Virus record (IMG/VR): IMGVR_UViG_3300027963_000048
Span: 51,615-115,614 of that record
Reading direction: 5' to 3' (one strand)
From: a virus
DNA length: 64,000 bases
Positions 52,393-61,298 of this stretch are shown here, in pieces. The position numbers and the translations under genes are program-made. The notes below the pieces were generated by a model. It had not been told where the DNA came from. It did not search any database and was given only the letters and a program-made list of their open reading frames with translations. Position 1 is the stretch's first letter; the number at the start of each line of letters is the position of its first letter.

Positions 52393-53607
52393 ATGCCAGT
52401 ATTTATAAACCACAATGCGTACAACGTTATTTTACATGGTCCGCAAGGCCAGCCCACTTTATTATCTAGTAAGCAGATAATAGAGTTACCAGATTTTTAT
52501 TTACGGTACGTTAAAAGGGGTTATGTCAGACAGCTTGCCGCACATAAAGCTTCGCCTAATCAAATTCTTAATTCGATGCCAAAAAGGCCGCAGCCTAACC
52601 CGATAAGGCCTGCAATATCTACCACTTTAGCTCCAGCTACCACTTTAGCTCCAGCTACCACTTTAGCTCCAGCTACCACTTTAGCTCCAGCTACCACTAC
52701 AAGTCGGCCTTTTGTTGCTACTGGTAAACCAGTCACTGCAGCTCCTACAGCGCCGGAGTTTCAAAGTGGTAAGATACTGCATTACAATGATTTTAGGGCT
52801 CCTGACTATTTGAATGATATGATTTTCCATGGTGGTAAGTCGTTATTTGGCGCTAACTATATTGACTTCTGTGACGCTAGCTACATGTACGACGACTACG
52901 TTGGCTTAAGTAAGTTGTATGGTCGCGGGTTTACGGTTTATGGTAAGTTGCGCAGGCATAGGCACGTCGAAACTGACATTGACGAGAAAATAAAGTCTAG
53001 ATACTATGATTATATTATCATAGGGTCAGTGTTTCGGTATCGGCACAAGTTAGACTTTATTAGAAGCATATATCCTAAGAATAGAATCATAGTGATAGAT
53101 GGCGAGGATGAAACCCATTATTATCCGGAGTACACGTCAGACACTTTGTATTTCAAACGTGAACTGCAGCCGGGGATAAAAGACGTTTTGCCCATTTCAT
53201 TTAGTGTTCCTAAAGAATTGTTCGTTAATTTCATTCCTGATAAAGATCAAATGATCTCAGATACGCAACCAGCTGGCCCTAGTTCGTATATATATGACGA
53301 CGAGAAATTGTATTATAGCAATTATCAGAGGTCATATCATGGTCTTACAAGGAAAAAGGCTGGCTGGGATTGCTGTCGCCATTATGAGATCATTATGAAT
53401 TACTGTATGCCACAGTTTTATGATTTGGAATCATGTCCACCTACCACTATGGTGCATTTTCCTAAGCGACAGATATTGGAGTACGCTCAATATGCAGATT
53501 TCGAAAAAAATCGATATTTTGATACTATGTCTGATATTTTTGAATACAGTAAGAAGCATCTTACGACAGAAGCTATGATGAAGTATGTTTTAAGCTTCAC
53601 TGCTTAG
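52393..53607 (+). CDS. Glycosyltransferase-related protein with Pro/Thr linker
   Basis: DYLND..FHG, IDGED, YFKRE, KKAGWDC.RHYEI motifs. Internal (TTLAPA)4 repeat. Confidence 0.6.
   Translation: MPVFINHNAYNVILHGPQGQPTLLSSKQIIELPDFYLRYVKRGYVRQLAAHKASPNQILNSMPKRPQPNPIRPAISTTLAPATTLAPATTLAPATTLAPATTTSRPFVATGKPVTAAPTAPEFQSGKILHYNDFRAPDYLNDMIFHGGKSLFGANYIDFCDASYMYDDYVGLSKLYGRGFTVYGKLRRHRHVETDIDEKIKSRYYDYIIIGSVFRYRHKLDFIRSIYPKNRIIVIDGEDETHYYPEYTSDTLYFKRELQPGIKDVLPISFSVPKELFVNFIPDKDQMISDTQPAGPSSYIYDDEKLYYSNYQRSYHGLTRKKAGWDCCRHYEIIMNYCMPQFYDLESCPPTTMVHFPKRQILEYAQYADFEKNRYFDTMSDIFEYSKKHLTTEAMMKYVLSFTA
52621..52698 (+). repeat. 18-bp tandem repeat x4
   Basis: ACCACTTTAGCTCCAGCT repeated in frame. Confidence 0.9.
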
Positions 53608-55306
53608 AATTGGAGCTAATTTTGGGAGCCTTGTGCAGTCTGAAATTATTCACCTTTACGGAAGTGCTATTTATAGATCCTTCGCCTTCTACAAAGTCAT
53701 ATGACGAATAGTGAACGTACCCATTTAGTACTAATTCTAGATATTTGCCAGTGTCATAGCCGACAGTCATAAATGTTATTTTCCTCTTATCGACACCATG
53801 GTGTCTGCCGGTGGCTATTAAACCTCTGAATTTTACTTGGTTGCCATTGCGTTCACAAAAGCACCCGGGCATGAATTTCTCACTAATCCAGTAGCCACGT
53901 CTGTTATATTGCCATAATCCTTTGCCTCGTTCCTCTACGATAGACGGGGTTAAAACATTGCCGTCTAGTTTCCAAGGGCCTTTACCAAAGGCTCCAAAGA
54001 CCAGTCCAGCTGCTTTAGCTTCCTGCACATGAACCCATGGCCTGTACATGCTCTCAGCGTGATTGAGGACACTACACCAAAATTTAAATGGCTGATGTGC
54101 CTTTTCGTAGGCTAAAGCCCAAACTAGTTGGCCGTAATTTACTGCGTGGGCACGGCAGAAACTATACAAGCTAAAACGATTTAGATCGTTGACAATTTGT
54201 GCTTGATTTGGATGGTATTTGGTCTTCTCGATGAATTCTGCGATTTTGTCATATTTCTTCTTACTGAACGCATTCCTGTAAAGTTCCGCTTCAGATTCAG
54301 AACAATTTAACAGATCTCGAATGTAAAATATCCCGTCATCGTCGTAGACCATTTGGCCCAAGTAATTGCCATGTTGCCTCAACTGCCGCAAAATCTGCAT
54401 TCTTTTACCGTCAGCTGATGGTAAAGGTCTGATTAGAGCCAAAGAGAAAATGATATCATCACGGCATTTCGGCTGTAATTCAACATGCAGCTTCCTCTGA
54501 GCTGGACTCTCGCCGAAATTAACACCCCAAGCGCAACCATCCGAAAAGATTCTAGCTGTAGCTTCGTCATCGGCAGGATAGTTTTCCAGTGGCCTATTTG
54601 ACAACTCATTGAGCTGTGCCAAGCCACGATTACACAAGATGTCGATTTTAAATAATTTATGATCTTCTACTTCATCTTTATTCAATTTGATTTGAAAGTC
54701 ATTGAGTTTCAATTCTTCAGGTACTGAATCTGGGAAAATCACTATTCCACCGCAGTGTAGACTATAATTCTTGAAATCGCCAACTATCTCAGCTGCCCTG
54801 TTTAACACTTCATCGGATCTGTCACCGACTACATCTTTGAGATTAAATCCTTTTGGTAGGAATCTATGTAAGCCTATTTCACGTAAAGCTTGTCTGATAG
54901 CTGACGTAGATTTATAGGTGACATGGTTAGAGATTCTAGCGACACGCCCGGGATATTTTAGCATCACGCGTCTAATCACTTCATCTCTCTGATTGTAAGC
55001 GAAATCTAAATCTACGTCTGGGAGATCTAATCTTCCTTCGTGCATAAAACGGCTCAGGGCGAAGCCATGCTCGACCGGATCCATATTGTGGATACCTAGC
55101 AAATATCCTATCAAACTGCAGCCAGCAGACCCACGAGTGACATATCTGAATTCGGGTACAAGATCTAAAATAGATCGCACTTGCAAAAACACATCTTTAA
55201 AGTTATTTTGTTCGACAAGACGCATTTCTCTTGCAAAGCGATCAGCGTATGAACGCCCAGTGGGCAAAGGCCTACGAAATGCGGAGGTCAATTCCATATA
55301 TGTCAC
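53597..55306 (-). CDS. dnaE: Minimal family-C DNA polymerase (DnaE-like, no PHP domain)
   Basis: RGSAGCSLIGYLLGI, SRFM...LPDVDLDF, SLHCGGIVI, KIDIL, ALIRP, YSFCRAHA..Y. Confidence 0.88.
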   Translation of the reverse strand: MTYMELTSAFRRPLPTGRSYADRFAREMRLVEQNNFKDVFLQVRSILDLVPEFRYVTRGSAGCSLIGYLLGIHNMDPVEHGFALSRFMHEGRLDLPDVDLDFAYNQRDEVIRRVMLKYPGRVARISNHVTYKSTSAIRQALREIGLHRFLPKGFNLKDVVGDRSDEVLNRAAEIVGDFKNYSLHCGGIVIFPDSVPEELKLNDFQIKLNKDEVEDHKLFKIDILCNRGLAQLNELSNRPLENYPADDEATARIFSDGCAWGVNFGESPAQRKLHVELQPKCRDDIIFSLALIRPLPSADGKRMQILRQLRQHGNYLGQMVYDDDGIFYIRDLLNCSESEAELYRNAFSKKKYDKIAEFIEKTKYHPNQAQIVNDLNRFSLYSFCRAHAVNYGQLVWALAYEKAHQPFKFWCSVLNHAESMYRPWVHVQEAKAAGLVFGAFGKGPWKLDGNVLTPSIVEERGKGLWQYNRRGYWISEKFMPGCFCERNGNQVKFRGLIATGRHHGVDKRKITFMTVGYDTGKYLELVLNGYVHYSSYDFVEGEGSINSTSVKVNNFRLHKAPKISSNSKQ

Positions 55307-55324
55307 GGAGGATAGGTGATGTAA

Positions 55325-55397
55325 TGGGCCCTCCGGGATTCGAACCCGGAACCAAGGGATTATGAGTCCCCTGCTCTGACCGTTGAGCTAAAGGCCC
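55325..55397 (-). tRNA. tRNA-Ile2(CAT) (lysidine-type; Met not excluded)
   Basis: GGGCCTTTAGCTCAACGGTCAGAGCAGGGGACTCATAATCCCTTGGTTCCGGGTTCGAATCCCGGAGGGCCCA, resembling bacterial ileX. Confidence 0.88.
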
Positions 55398-55474
55398 GGA
55401 TATGTAGTCAATACTATCAAATTTTCGAAATATTGGTAGCGAACCATGCCTTTTCAGCCAGTAGATGGGTTGGT

Positions 55475-57502
55475 TTAGAGGCCGTATCTGGTGCTGTATG
55501 CGTTGTAGTTTTGGGTTATTTCGGTTGCGGTGAGTTGGCGGTTGTAGATTTGGGCTAGGGCGATTCGTCCTGAGAATACGCCATCTGTGTTACCGTTGAC
55601 GTTACCGATTAGGAATTTTGTCCATGCGTAGGTGGCGGTGGTTGATCCTGTTGCGGTTGTGATTAGGTTGCCGTTGATGTATAGTGTGATGGTGCGGTTG
55701 GTGCTGTAGTTGTATATTATTGTTAGGTTGTACCAGTTGTTTGCTGTTAGTTGGGTAAGTAGGCTGATTGTTGGGCTGGCGTTCCACCATTCTATGAGGC
55801 CGTTGTAGATTCTTAGGACGTTTGAGCTGTTGGGGGCGGTGTCGTATAGGTTGAGTTTGGTGGCGGTGACGTTGGTTGGGTATATCCAGAAGTTTATGGT
55901 GATTGGTAGGGTTGGGGTTGGGACTGCGGTGTCGATATATTGGTTGATGGTTGCGCCGCTGTTGATTGTGAAGTAGCTGGCTGTTCCGCTGGATGTGTAT
56001 GTGGGGGTGCCGCTGATGGTGCCGTTGTTTCCGTTTCCTGAGAGGTCGGTCCAGGTGGTTCCGGTTCCGGGGTAGCTTGCTGCGTTGCCTGCGTCGAGGT
56101 TTAGGATGAGGCCTGCGGTGATTGGTGGTTGGGTTTGTGGTTTGCTGTAGGTGGGGGCTTGGGTGTTGTAGTTTTGGGTGACTTCTGCTTGGGTTAGTGC
56201 GCGGTTGTAGATTTGGGCTGCGGATATTTTGCAGGCGTTGTATTCGCTGCCGTAGCCGTTGTGGATGTTTAGGATTTGGGCTGTGAAGTTGTTGGTGAAT
56301 GCGGTTTTGGTGGTTTTGAGTAGGCCGTCGAGGTAGGCGTATCCTATGGATGATTGGCGTACGAATACTACGTGGTGCCATGTGTTGACTGATAGTTTCC
56401 ATGTGGATGCGGCGGCGTAGTTGTCCCATGTTGGGGTGTAGAGGTAGAGTATGCCGTCACTGTTGTTGGCTTTTAGGGCGAGGGTGCTTTGGCTTGGTAG
56501 GGCTATGAGGTGTGTGTATTGGCCGTAGGCTGTTATGTTTATCCAGCAGCAGAAGGTGAAGTCGCCGGTTCCGAATGCGTAGCTGGCGTTTGATGGGCTG
56601 GTGGCGTAGTTGCTTGCGAAGGAGATGCTGCCGTTGTTGGATGAGTTGTAGGTTGGGCTGCTGGTGAGTGTTGCGTGGTTGGCTGTGGTGGATAGGTCGG
56701 TCCAGGTGGTTCCGGTTCCGGGGTAGCTGGCTGTGTTGGTGGCGTCGAGGTTTAGGATGAGGCCGGTTGTGGCGATTTGGGTGGCATTGTATCGGTCTTT
56801 GGTTGCGTTGTAGTTTTGGAGGATTTCGGTGGCGGTGAGTGCTCGGTTGTATACTTGGGTGGCGGCTATGTTGCCTGGGAAGACGGCTCCGTTGCCTCTT
56901 GCTGCTATGTTGAAGTTGCAGCTGGTGTAGTCGATTGATGTTGGGCTGGCGTTGCCTCTTACGGTGGTGGATGCTAGTGTGCCGTTGATGTAGACGGCTA
57001 GTCCTGCTGCGGTGTTGGCGCCGCTGTTGGTTCCGACGATGTTGACCCATTGGTTTGTTGGGAGGGTGTTGGCGTTGCCTTGTATTCCTATGAAGTTGGT
57101 GCCGTCGAAGTAGTCGAAGAAGAATGATTTGGCGCGGATTGATCCGTTGTCTGCTTGGAGGTAGTAGCCTTTGCCTCCTGCTACGCCGTATGAGGCTATT
57201 GTTGTGATGGCTGCGGCTGTTGGTCTCCAGTAGATCCAGGCTGAGATGGTGTATGCTTGGGTGTTGGTGAATTGCAGTCTGGTTTGCGTGCCGAATTGGA
57301 TGTAGTCGTCTGTGCCGTCGAATGTGATGCTTCCACCGTTTGCGCTTGTGTAGGTTGGGCCGAGGGTTAGGATTCCGTTTATTGCGTTTCCTGAGAGGTC
57401 GGTCCAGGTGGTTCCGGTTCCGGGGTAGCTTCTTGTGTTTGCTGCGTCTACGGCGAGTATTAGTCCGGATTCGTTTATTTCGGGGCCGCTATATGATGCC
57501 AT
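55475..57502 (-). CDS. Protein with three LamG/concanavalin-A-like domains (virion decoration or tail)
   Basis: Three GLIL.LDA.N..SYPGTGTTWTDLS ... YNRALT..EI.QNYN units. Confidence 0.9.
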   Translation of the reverse strand: MASYSGPEINESGLILAVDAANTRSYPGTGTTWTDLSGNAINGILTLGPTYTSANGGSITFDGTDDYIQFGTQTRLQFTNTQAYTISAWIYWRPTAAAITTIASYGVAGGKGYYLQADNGSIRAKSFFFDYFDGTNFIGIQGNANTLPTNQWVNIVGTNSGANTAAGLAVYINGTLASTTVRGNASPTSIDYTSCNFNIAARGNGAVFPGNIAATQVYNRALTATEILQNYNATKDRYNATQIATTGLILNLDATNTASYPGTGTTWTDLSTTANHATLTSSPTYNSSNNGSISFASNYATSPSNASYAFGTGDFTFCCWINITAYGQYTHLIALPSQSTLALKANNSDGILYLYTPTWDNYAAASTWKLSVNTWHHVVFVRQSSIGYAYLDGLLKTTKTAFTNNFTAQILNIHNGYGSEYNACKISAAQIYNRALTQAEVTQNYNTQAPTYSKPQTQPPITAGLILNLDAGNAASYPGTGTTWTDLSGNGNNGTISGTPTYTSSGTASYFTINSGATINQYIDTAVPTPTLPITINFWIYPTNVTATKLNLYDTAPNSSNVLRIYNGLIEWWNASPTISLLTQLTANNWYNLTIIYNYSTNRTITLYINGNLITTATGSTTATYAWTKFLIGNVNGNTDGVFSGRIALAQIYNRQLTATEITQNYNAYSTRYGL

Positions 57503-57598
57503 TTTGTGGTCCTGTGTTTATTTGATTTTTGTTAGGGTCGTGTTGGGTCGATTCTTTGGTGTGATGCATGGTGTATTTATTTTGGTAGGTGGGGGTGT

Positions 57599-58097
57599 AT
57601 GGTGGTTGATAATGAGTTGGTCATGGATTATTTGGTGCCTTTGTTGGAGCGGGTGTTGCCGTCTGGTTGGTCTTTTGATAGGACGGTTGCTGATTCGTGT
57701 GGTTTGCATTTTCGGGTGTATGATCAGTTGGGTGGTGAGTGGTTGGTGTTTTTTGATGATTTGGGGTGGGACTGCGAGTCGGCCACTGTTGATTCGTTGG
57801 CGTTTGTGGTTGGTCGTATTAGGGATTTTTCTGATGTGTCGAAGTTTTTAAGGTCTTTGGAGGAGGTTGATGTGTCGAAGTGTTTAAATGCTCCGGAGGA
57901 GGTGGGGGATGTCTGAGATAGAGCGGCGGGTTTTGGTTGGTGATGTGTCGAGGTTGGCTAAGGTTTTTGCTGTTTGGCAGAGGGTGTGTAGGTGTCGTCC
58001 TGTGGTGGATAAGCGTAGGGTTGAATTACGTTTGAGTCAGGTTAGTAGGGCGTTAGAACAGGTTGAATCTGCTACGTGTGGCGGTGATGCTCATTAG
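57599..58097 (+). CDS. Two small hypothetical proteins (57599..57916, about 57909..58097)
   Basis: RBS-like GGGG/GGAGG, G/T-biased codons. Confidence 0.5.
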
Positions 58098-58748
58098 TTA
58101 TAGGCCATATCTACTACGGCTTGCGGTGTAATACGTGATGATTTCTGATGCTGTTAATACTCTGTTGTATAGTGAGACTGACGCTATGTTGCCGTTAAAT
58201 GGATAGTTATATGCCGCGCTACCTTCTGCGCCTATTCCGAATGCGGCTATTGGATTTGTGAGAGTTCCACTATTCAAATTGGTAGAGCTGAGCAGATACC
58301 AGTTACCTACTGTTAGAACTAACGTATTGTTGGGTGTCGCCTGATAATCATTATAGTATAGTGTAGAACCGTCCTCTTGGTAGTAATTCGTAGTGCCAGT
58401 TCTTAGATACAGATCAATATAGTTATCAGTATCGCCATTGCCGATTATTTTTTGCCACCCTGCTGTACCATTCGCTTTACACCACACCAACGTGGTGTAG
58501 CCATTTCCTCCCTGCGATGTTTTTAAACTCGTCGGGAATCCAGTGCGGTAGAATCTGTTGGTTTGAGTGAAGCCACTGAATCCGTTTGTTTGTGAATATG
58601 TGAGAGTGCCATTTAGGGTAAAATGGTTATTATTGCCACTCAGATCATACCATATCGCTCCGCTGCCTGGATAACTTTTGATGTTACCGGCATCTAGCTG
58701 TAATAGTAGCCCTGTGGTAGGTACGTTTGGCCCATCGAAACAACTCAT
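58098..58748 (-). CDS. Single LamG-like domain protein
   Basis: GLLLQLDAGNIKSYPGSG..WYDLSGN ... YNRVLTASEI. Confidence 0.88.
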   Translation of the reverse strand: MSCFDGPNVPTTGLLLQLDAGNIKSYPGSGAIWYDLSGNNNHFTLNGTLTYSQTNGFSGFTQTNRFYRTGFPTSLKTSQGGNGYTTLVWCKANGTAGWQKIIGNGDTDNYIDLYLRTGTTNYYQEDGSTLYYNDYQATPNNTLVLTVGNWYLLSSTNLNSGTLTNPIAAFGIGAEGSAAYNYPFNGNIASVSLYNRVLTASEIITYYTASRSRYGL

Positions 58749-58861
58749 TTTATGATCTCTGGATAGATAACACGATAAATTTGCAAAAGGCTTACCATGG
58801 ACCTTACAGCGATAGATTTCATTGCTCCACCATTAAGGCATTCATTCTCTAGTGCGACTGA

Positions 58862-58993
58862 CTATTGCCGCTGACCCAAGTTATGATTCACCAATGCCAT
58901 GTCTGACCATGTGGTTCCAATTCCTGAATAGCTTTTTGTGTTCCCAGCATTTAATCTGGAAGCGGCGCTATTTGGTCCTTCGAACACGCTCAT
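58862..58993 (-). pseudogene. Truncated LamG-gene remnant
   Basis: MSVFEGPN...LNAGNTKSYSGIGTTWSD followed by an early stop. Confidence 0.65.
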
Positions 58994-59017
58994 TGTACAT
59001 AGATTTGTAATAGCGTT

Positions 59018-60603
59018 ATGGTGAATGATATGTTTACTGCAAGTATCAATGGCGTACCTGGTTCTTTGATGTCGCTTCCATCTTACACGTGTAGCGACCA
59101 TTTTACTATTTCGTGCAGCGATGTGGCTCCTCCGGAGCGTAAGAAATTGCAGCGAGCGTTTTTGGAGCTTTTGGATGATGCAGAATTCAGGGCGGAGGTG
59201 CTGGGTAAGTTGTTGCAGGATGCTGCTGATCCTTCTTATCCTAAGGTTTAATCTTTGTGTAACCAGTGTTGATTGTAGATCTGTGGGGTTTGCATTTGTG
59301 TGAGATATTGTCGTAGGTCGTTTGGGATGGCTTCGTTAATTTGAGATCTGTGTTGTCCTGGGATGTATGTTTCTTTTAAGTAGTCATAGGTGGTGTAGCC
59401 GTAGTATTCGCTGTCATCGATAGATAAAATGGCGTGATGTTGGCCTTGACGCCATTCTAGGATTACTTCTGTTTGGTCGTCTGTAATACTTACTGTTGGT
59501 TTCGGTAGGGTTGTTTCGTAGTGCTGGGTGAATACCATTGCGTTTTTGATGACTTGCGGTAGGTATAATATTTGAGCCATTGTGGTGTCCTGTATTTGGT
59601 TATTCAAATTTTATGTGAGGGCATTATGCAAACTGTTGAAATGGTGTTGTCTTGGCGTGATGCTTCTGCGGCAATCAATACTTATGTGGACGGTGGGTTT
59701 GTTTTGGTTATGATAGAGCCGGTGTGTCAGTGGCGTGGCTGGTGGTGGACTTATTTGTGTCATTTGCGGTTCGTTCGTCACGAGGCGATTTGATGGATGT
59801 GACACAGGTTGCTATCTGTGTACTATCTGCTTTGGTTATCGTAATTATAGTATGGTTAGATCGTCATCCTTCTAATGATTAGGTGTGTATATGTCGAATA
59901 TTGAAGCTTCAGATGCGACAGTTATTCCGCCAACAGCTCCTCCTGTTTTAAATATGTGGTTCTTAGAGAATTTCACGATTCGTGGTAATCCTGATCGTAC
60001 TCAGCCGATTATGCTATCTGCTATGTTTGTGAAGGGTGCAGAGTTAAAGGATGAAAGTGGTAATCTGACTGGTTACTTTACTGATCCTAATTTTCGTACT
60101 CATTATGAGGTGCGTGATGTTTTTAATCCAGCTACTTTGGAGAGGCATCCCGAGATAGCTGCTTTAATGCCGCAGTTTTTGACTGCTCTTGATGCGGTTG
60201 GTAAGCGTTTGGGGGTTCTATGATTTTTCCGTGCGATGGGCGTGTGGTGGATCGTGATGATGGCTGCTGGTACGCTGTTTTTTACAACGATGGCTCTTTA
60301 AATGCCAATGATATCGTGAATGAGTTTATCCCATCACATGAAGTGCCAGTGGTGGTGTGGCGGCGGGGTGATGTGGTTTATATGCCAGTGTTCAGGTCTG
60401 GTAAAGAGGTGGTGAAGTTCGCTAGGCGTAATATTATTAGTCCTTCCCGCGAGTTTGCCTATATCACGGTTGCTAGTCTTAGCATTAAAAGCTTAGACGA
60501 TGTTGAGCCTATTTGCTTGCTTTTATCTTACCCAGGTAAAGTGGATAATTTATCTAGTGAGATTTTTTCTCTAGATGCTGACACTGAATTGGTGGCTTTA
60601 TGA
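59018..60603. CDS. Hypothetical proteins 59018..59251(+), 59248..59580(-), 59626..59793(+), 59885..60223(+), 60220..60603(+)
   Basis: Protein-like ORFs from the track, with starts adjusted. Confidence 0.5.
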
Positions 60604-60691
60604 TACTTTTTGAAATCATGTTAGATTTGCCACTGTATTTGTGTTTCATTGTGTGTGTGGCCAATAATCTTATTTTAGCGTGGAATTTACT

Positions 60692-61279
60692 ATGTCTCAA
60701 GCTAAGGATTACACTTATTTGATCGGCACTAAGGTTAATAAGTGGTCTGTTATTAGCATTCATAAGCGTTTTATCGGTGATAGGAAGAGAGTGCTGGCTA
60801 GGGCTACCTGTGAATGTGGTAAGATTAAATCGGTGTTGGTTGAGAACATTATAAGTGGTCATAGTAAGAGTTGCGGTTGTAGGGTTTTCCCTTATCAGCG
60901 TAAAAACTGCGTGGTGGTGGCGTATTACAATGGCAAGTTTGATGGCTTTTGTACTTGTGGGCTACCTTTCAAGGCTAAGTCTCGTGCACAGGTCAATAAG
61001 GGCTTCTGCTGTCATGCGCCGGTGAACAAAGGTGTGAAAGGCAAGTATGATTGCTTGAATTTATCTAAAGTCACTTTAAGGTCTCTTCACGATCGTTGGC
61101 GTGCTATGAGACAGCGGTGTCGGCAGGATGGCGTTGAATTGGAGCCATCGTGGTGTGATTTTAAGGAATGGGTGGCGGATGTTGGGGTGCCTGACTCATT
61201 GAGTTATTGGTTTATGAGGCTAGATCCCAATCGTGGATGGGTGAACGGCAATTGCGGTTGGTTTAAGGGGCAAAATTAA
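60692..61279 (+). CDS. HNH/AP2-associated homing-endonuclease-like protein
   Basis: G.K.NKW.VI...CECG......G.SKSCGC N-terminus, W..M.QRC, W..F..W..DVG, R.DPN.G...GNC.W. Confidence 0.7.
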   Translation: MSQAKDYTYLIGTKVNKWSVISIHKRFIGDRKRVLARATCECGKIKSVLVENIISGHSKSCGCRVFPYQRKNCVVVAYYNGKFDGFCTCGLPFKAKSRAQVNKGFCCHAPVNKGVKGKYDCLNLSKVTLRSLHDRWRAMRQRCRQDGVELEPSWCDFKEWVADVGVPDSLSYWFMRLDPNRGWVNGNCGWFKGQN

Positions 61280-61298
61280 ATTTTATACGATCGGGTAT

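Noticed and set aside
55602-57050. Long alternative-frame ORFs (55602..56429, 56457..57050) inside the LamG gene, and the antisense ORF 29940..30587
   Set aside because: Same compositional artefact, low-complexity translations.
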